Both the position numbers and the translations under genes were made by a program. A model generated the notes under the pieces. That model searched no databases, was not told where the DNA came from, and saw only the letters and a program-made list of their open reading frames with translations. Source: Camelus dromedarius (lineage: Eukaryota). Taken from it: a DNA stretch of 64,000 nucleotides. Location of the stretch: contig NC_087437.1 in assembly GCF_036321535.1 (NCBI RefSeq), positions 66,900,001-66,964,000 on the forward strand. The letters run 5' to 3'. Below, one piece after another: positions 24,531 to 37,739 of this stretch (position 1 is its first letter; each line of letters opens with the position of its first letter).

Positions 24531-25484
24531 ACTGATAAACTAGTTCTTTTAGGGGCTATGACTGAAAAAAATCTGCATTTCTTTGTTCTGATTTTTTTTC
24601 CCTAAAATTTAAAACTGTGTTAAAGGGCTTTTGCCTTTTTGTTAGAGTCTACATTTTCAAACAGTATTAAAAGGCTTTTAGCCCGTTTATTAGGACCAAA
24701 ACTAACCCTTTACCACTTTAACAAAACACTGTTTCTTTTTTCCATGTGCCTTTTGAGTCTTTGCCTATAGGTGTGCATTTTTCTCTTTAAATTAAAAAAA
24801 GTAATTAATGAGTAGATACAAAAGAATACTTACAAACTGTATGAAAGGTCTGAAGAGTCTTTGATACCATGAACACTGGCGGTGTCCCCTAGCCAGTTTC
24901 TGCCCATTACCTGTGTGGCCCTTCCTAATCCTGTATCCTCCCCCGACCCCAAGAGGTAACACTTGCCTGAATTTTGGTGATAATTATAATTATTTCTGCT
25001 GTTTCTCGATTTTCTTGTTTTTCCATGTGTTTGCGTCCCTATACAAAAGATTGTTTAGTGTTGCATATTATTCAGTTTTATATAAATGAAACCACACTGT
25101 AGTATTTTCCTCTGACTTTATTTAGCTCAACTTTATGCCTCTGGTCTCCATCTACATTGTTGTTGTAATTGAAATGTGTGCTTTTCACTGCTAAGCTCCT
25201 AGAGACCAGTTCAGCTTACCACCCACCCCTCTCCCCGCATCCCCTGGCTCTGGCCACACAATTACTTCTTCTTCAGATGCATCTTATTAGGCATGTATGT
25301 GTCTTGCACAGGGAGGTCTCTTTTCCTGGGTGTCCTTTCCCTCACCTTCTCCATTTGGTGACTTTCTTCTCTTTTAAGCCTTGGTCACATTTACCTTCTC
25401 TGCCACCCCTCCCGGGGTCCCTTATGAAGTTAGGTGCCGCTTCATTCAGCCTTCTCTGCATACTGTCTAACTTTGTTTGAGACT

Positions 25485-25605
25485 TCCTTTTTTTTAATTT
25501 AAAAAATTTTTAAATTGAAGTACCATCAGTTACAATGTGTCAATTTCTGATGCACAGCACAGTGTCCCAGTCGTGCATGTACATACATATATTTGTTTTC
25601 ATATT
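25485..25605 (-). mobile_element. Very short L1 3' end
   Basis: 13-bp TSD TTTGTTTGAGACT (25472-25484 / 25606-25618), A-tail, and an L1 terminal motif (aattgaagta...tacaatgtgt). Confidence 0.75.
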
Positions 25606-26010
25606 TTTGTTTGAGACTCTTTTGAAAGCTCTGTCCCCTCCTTGCTTGCGGACATGAAGTTGTCCCAGTAACCTGGGAGGATTCATAGATCCCTTGAAGC
25701 TTATCTAAGGACCTGTCAGCAGTGGATGACATGGATCATTGTATGTCCTTCTGTCCTGTAGACTGGGGCTAACTGCGTACAGCACTCTTCTCATCAATGG
25801 TCCTCAGGGTCTTACACAGACCCGTGAACACCAGGCTGTCATTGGTGTCCATTACCTTAGGTGGGGAAAATAAACTTCTGCAGTAGGAAACCCAACAAAG
25901 GCAATAATTTGCAAAGATGCTTTTGCCAGACTTTGTGGCAAGGCAAAAAGCAGTGGCAATGGATATTACGTTGTTATCTTATTGTTCACATTTGTTCGTT
26001 TTATCTTTAG

Positions 26011-26143
26011 GATGAAGCTCTTACATCAGGTGTCACAAGTCTGGAAAACAGATGGGTTGAGCAGTTGTGATTACAAATTACTCTCTGTGGATTACAATCC
26101 TTTATATATCAACATCACAGTGGATTTCTGGTCTGGCCCATGA
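26011..26143 (+). CDS. B4GALT4: B4GALT4 last coding exon
   Basis: MKLLHQVSQVWKTDGLSSCDYKLLSVDYNPLYINITVDFWSGP*. 133 nt, giving a total CDS of 1035 nt. Confidence 0.96.
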
Positions 26144-26887
26144 CCAGGACCTTCTGCTGCCGTTTGGAGGAACTGAATATCTGATTGCAATAATTTGCCT
26201 AGACTTCCCCGAGTAGCACACCTGAAGAACTTGTTGCAGCCAGTTATTGAGCTGAATTCTCCTTTTTTGTATTTTCTTAGCAGAGCTCCTCGTGGTACGG
26301 AATGTGAAACAACTGTAACAAGACAGCTTTCTTGGCTGTTTTGATCATGAGGGTTGAATAGTGTAATGCAGATCCTTGAAGGACCAAGTGTCGAAGGGCT
26401 ACTCATAGATACCCTGAAGGCTAATTGAGAACTCTGGTGGAAGGAGATTTAAGTTTGAAGTGGTACCTATTTTCTAGGACAAAAAAGGCCCTGGGAAATT
26501 AAGATTGCTGAATGTCCCAGAGAACCAGAATTGTTCTCATCCAGGGGAGGAAAGGATGAAGACATATTTTGTTACTCATTTATCCTACGTGGTCACCTGT
26601 GAAGAGGTGGGTCCCAGGTGAGGAAAAGGCTGAAGGAGGGGGAGAAAGGTGAAGACTCAGGACGCAGGGAGCTTGGGGCTGAAGAGGTGGCAGAAGGACA
26701 GTGTCAGACGGGGAGTGGCCGCGGTGCCGCTGCTGCCTCTCTGCAGTGGGGGCCACTGCCCAGAGACGCCTTCCAGGGACAGCCCAGCAGACAACAGGTT
26801 GTCTCCTAGTTTTTAGAGCATTTTTGTAAAATGATTTTGTACGTGTAGGATCTGAATCAGCAGTTTAAAAATTATATATTAGCTAAT

Positions 26888-26960
26888 AATACATCGGAAG
26901 TACCTCTGTAGTAAAATATGAAAAAGCTTTGGCTGTTTGTCTTGGTTTTTACTGCTGTTT
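26888..26960 (+). terminator. B4GALT4: Probable B4GALT4 polyadenylation region (variant hexamers)
   Basis: AATACA (26888) and AGTAAA (26910) followed by a GU/U-rich tract (26928-26960). Confidence 0.5.
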
Positions 26961-27839
26961 GAGGCCTCCAGATGTGTTCATGTCAGTATCCATAATCCTG
27001 CTGCTTGAAAACAACACAAATGCGACCAAGCCCTCTCCTGCCCTCCCTCCCTCCCGTCTTCATCCTTCTGTGCTCCGGCCTGTTCTTTCTGAGCACAGCC
27101 TCCTGGTGAGCCTGCTCCAGGCCTACAGCAGGTGCCTCTGTGTCTCGGTTCCCAGGCTGCATCCTGTTTTTGTTCTCTTCATCCTCCTGTCCTTGCTCCC
27201 TATCAGTAATGGGTACAGCAGGGCTGCCTCGGGCGCACCCGGTTGGTGATCAGATAGGAAGGGGTGGAGCCCAAGCCCCAGGGCTCAGAAAGCCTTTGAT
27301 TTGGAAGGAAGGTGGGGCCAGGGCATGACTTGGGAGAGAAGCCGCTGGTACTGCTGAGCTTCCTGGGACAGGGCCGGGACGTGGTGGGATAATCTAAGGA
27401 AGGTGATGGGAGATGGATACTGGGTCAGCAGTAAGAATATTTTGTTTGCATAGATGTGGATGTTCTTGAGCAAGTAGTATGCAACCATGCCCCAGGGTTT
27501 CGCAATCCATCATGATTATATGACACTTAATTATTAAACTTTGGCCAATTAGTGTAAATAATATCTTTCCCAAACAGGAAGAGGGAGGGAGTAGGAGGAC
27601 TGGGGCTCCCAATAAAGACAGCAGTCACAACCTAAGTAGGGAAGAAGAATTTGAAAGGAAAATACATTTTATGGGCATGACAGGTTTACCTAGAGCTGGC
27701 CTGGTTTACCTTTAACCCAGTAGGGACCAGTAAAAGCTGTGGTTTTTTCTTCATTTAGAAAAGGAAAAATGTTTTTCATACCTACCCCCCCCCACTCCTC
27801 TTTTCAGCGGAATCTTTAGCATTCCATCCCAATTTTCTT

Positions 27840-28032
27840 TCTTTTTTTAAAAATTGAAGTATAGTTGATTTATAATATTGTGTTAGTCCCAAGTGTACAG
27901 TATAGTGATTCAGGGATTTTTGCAGATTATATTCACTATAGGTTTTTATAAAATATTGGGTATAAATCCCTGTGCTATACAGTAAGTCCTTGTTGCTTAT
28001 CTATTTTATGTATGTAGTTTGTATCTGTTAAA
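27840..28032 (-). mobile_element. L1 3' fragment
   Basis: Near-perfect TSD CATCCCA(A/G)TTTTCTT (27825-27839 / 28033-28047) and the L1 end motif attgaagtatagttgatttataatattgtgttag. Confidence 0.75.
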
Positions 28033-28343
28033 CATCCCAGTTTTCTTGATTATAATCATATACAGACTGAACTATTGTGATTCCCAACAGCCTAGGCCAG
28101 GGGCCTCCAGTTTGGAGGCTGCAGGTCCCTGCTCATGGTTGGGGAGGGTAAAGGAAGAGAATAGTGTGTGCAAGGAATTTGAGGATCCATACTGAGAATG
28201 ATTTCTCAGTGGAAACAAAATGTAGTTACTACCACGTGGAAACACCCTCCGTATTTTCAGCTATTAACAAAGCATCTGCATTTTTTTTTTTAAATGTTAG
28301 AAAACACTGTCTTATGCCTATTGAAATTCTTCAGATCATTCTT

Positions 28344-28510
28344 AAAAAAAAATTTTTTTGTTTCTTTTGGGTGGAGGGGAGGTAATTAAGTTTCTTTATA
28401 TATTTTAAAATAATTTTTGATTTAATTTTATTTTTTAGTGGAGGTACTGGGGATTGACCCCAAGACCTTATGCATGCTAAGCATGCACTCTACTGCTAAT
28501 ACCCTCCCCC
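28344..28510 (-). mobile_element. tRNA-derived SINE (camelid Vic-1-like)
   Basis: tRNA-like head with degenerate A and B boxes, bipartite A-rich tail, and TSD TCTTCAGAT(C/A)ATTCTT (28328-28343 / 28511-28526). Confidence 0.75.
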
Positions 28511-31500
28511 TCTTCAGATAATTCTTTCAACCAAGGTTGCGTACAAGTCGTTTGAATGACTCACTGAAACTTCTTGAGGTGGAAGATAGTTTTTTAAGAC
28601 CTATGTTTTCCCACTGTGTCTCTGTACCTGCCCCAGGTACTGAAGCCCAGTGACTGGCAGGAGGCATGTGGCCGCCTGCTTGCTCTGCTGGGCAGTTTGG
28701 CTACAAAAGCTTCCCCCTTTCCCCACCCTGTGTGTTTTCCATTGTCAGTTGCCACAGAGAGGCCAAGCTTTCTGAGTGTCGTAGATAACACCTTCTACAG
28801 TTGCTAAGGATTCTGTGGGTGCCGTCCGTCTGAACATTGCAAATACTTAACGTGAAGAGTGTGCTACTTTAAAGGTTTTATTGACTTTTTCTCACTTATA
28901 CTACCACTCATTTTTATAGTGCTTTACTGTTTATGACATTTTTACACACACTTTATTGATCCTGTTGACTCTTGAGATAAGCAGGGTAGAAGAGGAGGTG
29001 GAGGTTCCATTACACCACGATGCCCTCATCTGGGTTCTCTCCTTTAAGGAGGTTTTCCTGACTCTACACCCCTGTCCTAGCTCCTAGAGAAATTTGGTAT
29101 CTTCTGGACTTGAAAGTGCCTTCCATTCTCAAATGGTCTCTGAACTTTTTTCCAGACTCCCTCCCTGGTTTTTCTGCCCTCTGCCCCCTCACTTCCACTC
29201 AAGCCCCTATGGGGTTTCCTGGGGACCCCAGATGCTCTGTGAATGGAGTCTTGGGAGAGGTGAAAGACATTTTCTGGCAGACTCATAACCTCCACTTTCC
29301 CCAAGTCCTACATATAATACAGTCTCAAAAGCCATGAGTGTGTCCCACAAAATGGAGCATACTCAGGAACATTTCACAAGTTCTTTTTCACCCATCACAT
29401 TCCAAAAATTTTTTCAAGTCTATTCCTTAGTACCTTAGATGTTTAAGCTATTGCCACCTTCACTGGTTTGCGGAATGCTGAAGACTATCTTATACCTACT
29501 TAGAGGGCCTGATGGGTCTCAAAGAAATTCACAGAGGAGGGACCGACAGTCTCCACCCCCCGGGAACACACCTGTACAGGTTAGACTCCATTGTTCCACT
29601 GACAACTGCTGAAGTGGAAAAACCTCGAATAAAATAGAATCTTGTATATGTGTGTGTGTGTGTGAGAGAGAGAGAGCTGGAGCCTTGGAGGAGACACTGG
29701 TGAAGGATGGGGCACCATAATTGAATGCTTGCTTTGTATTTCAGTTTTCCTTTTTTTTTTTTTTTTAAATTTTAACTTTCCAATAGTCCTATAGTCATGT
29801 ATGTAGTCCTGCAAAGAAAAGACAGATTCAAGTTAAGTAACTTCCCAAAGCTGGTTAGAGGAAGAGATAAGATTTAAACTCCAGTGTCTTGTTTTCTCCC
29901 CCAAGAATATCACATTGTCAGGAGATTATAAGGTTTCTCTGTGAAGGCAGCAAGGGCAGAGATCGCATTTGTAGCCAGGATTCTGGAAATAATAAACAGA
30001 ACTTGAGATGTATCCATTGAAGTGCCTTATCCTGATGCCCTAGTGCATTCTTCCACTGTTGAGTAGAAGTTTTGCTGAAAAGCTATTACTCATAGCTATT
30101 GTTTGAGGGCCTGTAAATTTGAACCAGTATAGCTTGTTCATTAAGCTTATTGCAGTAAATTGAAGTAACATGACAGTAGTTGGCGTGTTCCCAGGGATTA
30201 CAGGCCAAGCAGAGTTCTTCAGACCAGACTTATGGTATAACTTCCTGTTGGTATCTCTTACAGGCTGTGAGCTGCTCTAATGCACACTTTACGTATCTTA
30301 CTGAATCCTCCCCGTCCCCTGTGAGACCTGCTTTTCTGAAGCAGGTTCCAAGAGGCTGACTTACCAAAGTCATGCAGAACTGGGATTTGGAGCCAGGGTT
30401 TTGACTTCAAAGCTCATGTTCTTAACCGCTTCATGGTAACAAATGAAAAAACCAACAAATACAACAAACAGAGGAAATAAGGATGGGCAGAGTTTATTTG
30501 GAGACTGTGCCCTTCAACCAAAGACGCCCAGGAACACACCTGCAGATATAAGTCGGGATGCTGACTCATTGCGGTGAGCTCTGGAGAACACACCGTGGGG
30601 AACCTCAAGGTGTCTCAGGAGAAGGGAGTCAGAGTCTATCACAGCATTTGGGTCTGGGGAGGGTCTAAGCCAGCCGAGTGTGCTCTGTTTTGGACGCTGT
30701 GAGAGCAGGGACAGTTCTGTGATGGTGCGTCTCAATACATTTATCCACGAGGAGGGACTAGCAGGAGAAGAGACCTGTAGTTGTAAACACGTAGCATCAT
30801 TTAGCCCCAAAGGGGTGTGTTTGGTATTTTGGGTGGCACGGTGACCTTGTTTTTGTGCTTGTACAGAATTATGACGTGGCCTCGCTTGGCCTCATTTTAT
30901 GTGACCTTATCGGAGGCTGGTATTCTGTGAATTGTTTACGTCTGACAGGAGAATAGCGTGGCTCCGTTGTGCTTGCCAGGCTACTTTTTCCTTTCTTCAA
31001 GAGGAACTCAGGGCGGAGGCCGCTAGGAAGTAGGGCATGACGGCACCGTTTCTCTTTAACCCTGGGATTTGGCTATTTGTCTTTTTCAAAGGTACGGGTG
31101 GGTGGTGTGTGTGTTTGGGGAGTTGGTTGGCGTCTAGGGGGAGGGTGGGTTGGAGAAGGGCCTGGGAACTATGCATTTCTTAGCAACACATCTTTTTCCG
31201 ACATGCTTTTGCATCTCCTCATGGGAGGTGGCCACTCACAGCTGATGGCAAAAATGTCACACATGAAAGCAAACTCAAGAGCTTACACTGAGTCTCCGCC
31301 GTGTTTCTTCTTTGATTCAGTCTCACATATAGGAGGTGATAAGAATCTGGGTGAGGTGAAGCAGGGAAGAGAAACTAGACACAGGAGAAAGGAGGTTGTT
31401 CATTCTAGAGAAATGAGAAAGCAGCTGTTTCCAGTCCTCAGCCACAGCCTGGCCTGTCGGCTGGGTGGGGGTGGGGCGGTGAGAGGAGGTTAGATTTTCA

Positions 31501-33480
31501 AACTCCCACGACTGTTATCGCTGCTTCTTCCCTTTATGGGTAGCCGGAGCTGCTGCTTAGAAGAGGAGCAGTCCCTGTTTATTCCAGCTAATGTGGGGAC
31601 AAAATCACAGGGCTGACAAAAACGAGCAGTGGGCCTCCTCACGTTCAGGGTGAACAGCCTGCCGGGGGCTGGGGCAGCAATCTGGGGAGGAAAGGAAACA
31701 GCCAGCCAAGGAGCGTGGTGACCCGTCTGGTGCTGCAGTCAGCCAGCCCAGAGTTAATCATACACACCTTTGGTGTTGGAGTAATGGCCCTTTGCCCACC
31801 TGATACACAGGCGGACGGCCTGTCAGAGAAGTGGGCAGTCTCTCTAGCTGGTGTTGTCTGGGTGCGCCAGGGCCAGGCTCTCTTGCTCTCCTTCCCCTCC
31901 CCGGACTGGTGCGGCTGATGGTGGCCGTGGTGAGGCTGGGTCTGGGCCTCACCCTGAGCAGTGGTTTGGGCCTCCCTGTGAGCCCCACTTGTAGTCCCAG
32001 AAGCCAGAAGGAAGAGGGGGAAGGCTGGGCTTCCAGGGAAAGTGGAGGGGATGGAAGCAAGACCTGGGCAGAGCAGGAACTGGCCTGAGGTTAAACTGAA
32101 GACCCCTGAGCAGAAAGTGCAGGAGTCCTGAGTAACTGTGCTCCCTGCAGGCCTGGGTCTGTCTCAGCTGAAACGTGTGTCCTCCCCAACCTCCCCAACT
32201 GCTGGGGGCCTGGATATAGTGAGTGCCTGGGTTCAGGGTCTTACCTGGTAGGAAGCTGGCTGGAGAAGGGGTTGGGGGGTAGGGCAGTGGCCAACTTCAG
32301 GCCTGTTCTCTTTCTAGTTACTGCTTATTGGAGAAGGCAGGTGGTAAGATTTAATGAGCAGCAGGTGGGCCAAGTTGCTCCACAGTAGCTCTTTCCTGGT
32401 CCCATTGCTGCATTGGTTTCAACCAACTGGGGTCAATTTCAGTTATTAAGGAAAAATCTGCAGAGAAGATTAAGAGTGGAGACTAGTTGCCACTCACCCC
32501 TTAGTATGAAGTAGTTTGCAGAAAGGCTTTCCCTTAACTTAGCTGAGATCAGATCACAAAGAAAATGGAATTTTGTAGGTAGAGAGAATTGTGAAGTTTG
32601 AAGCCTTGGAGGGGAGGGCAGGAGTGGTTCTGGGACAGGATTTGCTCAGGCATGGGGGAACTGGAAAATTCAGTTAGCAGCAGAAGAAAAAGGCACTAGA
32701 ACACCTGAGAGAGGATGGGAAGGGAGACGGGAGAGAGGCGTTTCAAAGCTTTGCCCAGAGTAAGCTCCTTCCCCTTCCTCCTCTTCCAAAAGGCCACAGA
32801 GAGAAACTTCTCAGCCAAGTGCAGGTGTCATTTGTCTTGACACTCAAGCCCTGTCCTGGAGAGGCAAATGAGGCAGGGAAGGAACAAGCTGGTTGCATGT
32901 CAGAACACATGCTTTGGCCCCCTGTCCTGGGAATCAGGAATCAGGCTGCTGCCGCCAGCTTAACCATCCAGGTGTGCAGCAGAGGCACCCCCGACCCCGC
33001 TTCCTGGTTCCTCCCTGCCCCAGACTCAGCCTAACTCACAGGAGGAACCTGGTGGAGGCATGGAATCCGGCTACTCCATGTGACTGAGTCTGCTGGTGAC
33101 AGGTACGTTTTCCTCATAGAGGATACAGTTGAGCAGCTGGAGTCAGATGCTTTCCTCCACCTCTCCCCCCACTTCTGGACTACGTGTAGCAGGAGCAAAA
33201 AAGTTAAAGTAAACTTGGAAGTTCCAACCATTTAACCGTACAGCAAGGTTACCCGGTATCCAGCAGGAAACCACACCTCGTTGCATTTTCCATCTCCTAA
33301 ACTTTAATTCCAGTGAGTATACTAAGCTCTCATGTTGGAACACCCATTTTGCTAGATTCATATATGACAAAATTTTCTTTTAGTTTTAAATCACATTTTG
33401 CTTTATGTAAAACTTTACATAATTCTTTTGTTAAAAAAAATCCTTTATTAAGATTTCATTTTTTCTTAGCATTTCCCCAT

Positions 33481-34327
33481 TTTATTTTTTTATTTTTATT
33501 TTTTGTGTTGGCTGAAGTGTTTTTTTTTTTTTTTTGCAGTATAGTTGATTTACAATGTTGTGTTAGTTTCTAGGGTACAGCATGGCGATTCAGTTATACA
33601 AATATATTCTCTTTCATATTCTTTTTCATTATAGGTTATGACAAGCTGTTGAATATAGTTCCCTGTGCTATACAGTAGGACCTTGTTTATCTATTTTATA
33701 TATAGTAATTTGTATCTGCTAATCCCAAACTCCTAATTTATTCCTCCCCTCTTTCCCCTTTGGTAACCATAATTTTGTTTTCTATGTCTGTGAATCTGTT
33801 TCTGTTTTGTAAATAACTTCATTTGTCTCATTCTTTTTAGATTCCACATATAAGTGATATCATGTGATATTTGTCTGTCTCTGTCTGACTTGTTTCACTT
33901 GTTTCACTATGATAATCTCTAGGTCATCCATGTTGCTGCAAATGGCATGATTTCATTTTTTATGGTTCAGTAATATTCCATTGTGTGTGTATGTGTGTGT
34001 GTGTGTGTGTACCACAACATTTTTTTCCAATCATCTGTCAATGGACAATTAGGTTTAGGTTGCTTCCATGTCTTGGCTATTGTAAATAGGGCTGCTATGA
34101 ACATTGGGGTATATATATTTTCCAAACTGGAGTTTTCTCCAGATATATGCCTGGGATTAGGGTGCTGGATTATATGGTAACTCTATGTTTAGTTTTTAAA
34201 GGAACCGCCATACTGTTTTCCACAGTGATTGTACCAATTTACATTCCCACAAGCGGTGTAGGGGGGCTCCCTTTTCTCCAGTGTTTATCGCTTGTGGACT
34301 TTTTAATGATGGCCATTCAAACTGGTC
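33481..34327 (-). mobile_element. L1 3' fragment (about 0.8 kb)
   Basis: L1 ORF2-end/3'UTR motifs (agattccacatataagtgatatc, tccatgttgctgcaaatggca) and a poly(T) tail on the + strand. Confidence 0.85.
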
Positions 34328-34949
34328 ACGTACTTTTAATCAGTAGAGGTTACTAATTAATTGTAAAGAGGAATTGAGGTTACTAAACACATATCACTCT
34401 GCAATATCTAAGAGGAAATTCAACCATTGTCAGCTCAAGATTGGGCATTCTCCTGGAGAATAAAAGGATCCCAAGGTGGCATTAAAAGAATCACTTGAGT
34501 CTATGTAGATGGGAGCCACTATAGGACAAAGGCAAAGTTACATTTCAGCAATCTTTTCCTTAGTTCTCTCACCTGAGATGAATGAGAGCCTTTGATGGTT
34601 TCTTTTAGAAAGCAGTGAGAAACACAGGCAGATTTGCTGTCTCGGTACAAACTTGCTTGCTGGGATAACACAGTTTCCTGTGAAGGTCTTTATTCCCCAA
34701 ATTAAAAATAAACAGGGACAGGAATAGTTATTATCTATTATCCTAAATTCTCCCTTTCCTAAAAACAGCAGGGGTGAGAATTTCAGGAGCGTAAGGGCCT
34801 AGAGGAACTCCATACCAGCTGACTTGGCAATGTGAGGAAGAACGCATGTGTTCCTGGGGAGCACACAGGTGGAATATTAGCAGAGAGCGGCTCCAGCACC
34901 AAATCCAGAATCACCAGGGGGAGGTACATACGGTGGTTACACTTTATTC

Positions 34950-35000
34950 TTAGTATTCAATTCTGCTCCAGTAGAACATGGTACCCAGGAGAACCCAAAA
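34950..35000 (-). CDS. UPK1B: Uroplakin-1b last coding exon
   Basis: FWVLLGTMFYWSRIEY*. TAG acceptor with pyrimidine tract, 51 nt, giving a total CDS of 783 nt. Confidence 0.96.
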   Translation of the reverse strand, partial: FWVLLGTMFYWSRIEY

Positions 35001-35194
35001 CTAGAATACAAAGGAAAAGAAAAACAAAGAAAAGTAAATAAGGACTTGTTTTAGAAACATCTCATACTTGGGGAAAGAAATGACGTTAGGTTCATTCAGG
35101 TTAGGTGACACTGGATTTTTGAGAGTAATCACGCCTTAAGCATCGTCACAGGGGCAGAGGTGACACTGAGTCCATCCTGACACACAGTGAATCA

Positions 35195-36030
35195 GTATTC
35201 TCCTAAATGACCGGTGTTCATTGGTCTAGATGTTCTAGATATTCTAGAATCATGGATGGGTGAAAGATTTATGCAAATGGCAAGACAAGCCAATGTAGTG
35301 CATTTTAATGTAATAGAGTCCGAAAAGTTCTTCGACATTTCACACTCCTTATTGCAACTCATTTTTAAAAAACTACTTGTCAAGTTTTATGTGGTACCAA
35401 AGAAGAATATTCACAATTACTTATTATTATTATTATTATTATTAATGGGGAGGGTAATTTTAAGTTTATTTATTTGTTTTTATTTTTAGTTTTTTAAACA
35501 GAGGCACTGGGAATGGAACCCAGGACGTTGTGCATGCTAGGTATGCACTCTGCCACTGAGCTATACCCTCCCTCCTCCAATTAGTTTTTGATAAGGCTAC
35601 CAAAACATTCCTGTTTTTTTTTCAACGACATAGCCATGTAGAGGGTGGATTTTCTTCAAATCCTTCAACCTAAGCAACGTATTACAACAGATTAAATAAA
35701 GATGAAGTATGGGAACCCAGCTGCCTTCTGTTAAAGCCAGACATTGAAGGGAATTCCAAAAATGTAAAAAAAAAAAAAAAAAAGCCACTTTTCTCACTAT
35801 TTTTTTGTTTGGAAAAATAGTCACTTTTCCCCACAGAAATACATTGTTATTAGTAACACGTAATTGGTTTGTTATTATTTTAAATGAATTAACAAGTATT
35901 TTTAAAAATTCTGTGTTAGTTTCCAATAAGGTAAATGTCAATAGATATAGCTTCCAGAGACAAAAGCTTTTTGGAATCCTCAAAAATTTTTGAGAGAGTA
36001 AAGGGGTTCTGAAACTAAAATTGGGGGACT
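35195..36030. mobile_element. Charlie1-like hAT transposon relic, interrupted by a SINE
   Basis: Terminal motif GTAAAGGGGTTCTGAAACTAAAA and internal hAT-like sequence. Boundaries are approximate. Confidence 0.5.
35421..35575 (-). mobile_element. tRNA-derived SINE (Vic-1-like) with (TAA)n tail
   Basis: Minus strand GGGAGGGTATAGCTCAGTGGCAGAGTGCATACCTAGCATGCACAACGTCCTGGGTTCCATTCCCAG. Confidence 0.8.
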
Positions 36031-36039
36031 ATTTCCTGA

Positions 36040-36236
36040 ATGCAATGGCTCTTAATCCTGACAGCAAATGAGAATCATCTGGAAAATTTCTTTAAAAAGG
36101 AAAAAAAAAGGCCTGGGTCCTGCCCCTAGATCAGCTGAAATCTGAGTCTGGGAGGGTGTGGTTCAGGTATGCTCCCCACTCCCCACAAGCTCCCCCATGA
36201 GGTTGTAATGTGCATTTAGGGTTAAGAATCACCATT
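36040..36236. mobile_element. MER5-like MITE
   Basis: gagaatcatctggaaaatttctttaaaa...gaaatctgagtctggg...gggttaagaatcacc. Confidence 0.5.
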
Positions 36237-36647
36237 CTACCCTCTTGCTGCAAGTGCATCAGATAAAGCGGGCGACAGGGCAGGGTGAGACTGATGGAGG
36301 CAGCTCTTTGGGAGGAGGGAGGCAGGTGAGAGTTGGACAGGAACCATAAAGATAGATGACAGTCCCTGATATCTACTTGTAATGAATAAACGAGATCCGG
36401 AGGATGGAGGAGCACGCACGTGCACCCCCGTCAGCAGAGAAGGATCTGGTTGGTAGGGGAAGATACCGCCCCACTTCCGGAGGGAATCCACTGTCTGTGC
36501 CCTGGTGCCGGCAGCTTCCTGACTAGCCCGCAGGTCTGAGGTTTTGTTTCTAGACAGTCTAATGAGGTTGGGTTAACCAAGGGCAATCTCAAGCTCTCTC
36601 CTACCACCATCCTCTCTGAAATAAAACATGTGATGGGAAATACTCAC

Positions 36648-36731
36648 AGTCCAGCAGAGAATGGCAAATCCAAACCATGCAACCCCCCAGGCGTGTCGGT
36701 TCATTGGTCCAGAGATCAGTTCATAGCAGCC
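36648..36731 (-). CDS. UPK1B: UPK1B coding exon 6
   Basis: GCYELISGPMNRHAWGVAWFGFAILCWT. 84 nt, CAG acceptor, GTGAGT donor. Confidence 0.97.
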
Positions 36732-37739
36732 CTGGAGAAAGGGGCGATTCCACATCCGTGTGGGAGGGACCAGAAAAAAGATGTAAGAGATGGGTGGGAA
36801 AGCTGATTGTTATTTGAATCAATGCCACTCCAAAGTGCAGTGTAACATAACCAGCTATTTCTACAGCCCTGTGATCAGCCAGGTGTTAACAGTCCTCTAC
36901 TGAAGAAACAGGAGTAATCCTGCCGAACAACCATTCTGTATCACATTTATTTGTATCTTTAGCATTCACTCTAACCAAGGTGCTACTATTTCAGCATAAC
37001 ATTTTTCTCATATAGTAAATGTAAAGTATTTGCAATAAAATTTGAGGGTTTTTTTTCTTCTCCCAAAGGATTTTATTGGTGATTTGTTTGCGGGCAGAGT
37101 TACTTTTTGATTTGTTTTTTAATAAAAGTGCTTCCAATGAATGAAAATTTATTTTGTAATCATTAAAGGAACCCCAATACCATGCTTTCTAAATTCCCCT
37201 TTGACATCATATTTCAACAAAGCATCATAGGATCCTAGAAAAGCCACGGTGTGCGTGCAAAAGAGTAACTCATTTTTTATTCATCGAGCCATCCATTCAC
37301 ACATGCCACAATCTGGTCACATTTTATATGTGGCAAATTCTGTTCCAGTCTCTGTGCAAAGTGCTGGGGTGACACACACATAGGGCTAGACCTGCCATCT
37401 GAGTGACTTCTACTAAAGCCCTGGGAATCACAGGAATGCCTCGGAAAGGCAACGGCCAGGCTGGTTTCATGAACCACTCAGGTCCAGAGGAAAATGTGCT
37501 GGAAAGGCTGACCTTAAAGTTTAGGCCCTGCCCAGGGTCTGCAGGGGGCCGCTTGAAGTTCCATCCTCTCTAACCCTGTCCCAGCCCCTTGTGAACCCCC
37601 TTCCTCGCCCTGCCTCTGCTGTGTGTGCCCTGACTTCTGCCCCGCTTACTCTTCCCCGTCTCCCTGACAGGCCCCTCCACTTGCCTAGATGCTGTAATGA
37701 AAAAAATCTTACAATTATCCTTAACTGTTTTCCTCTTAA

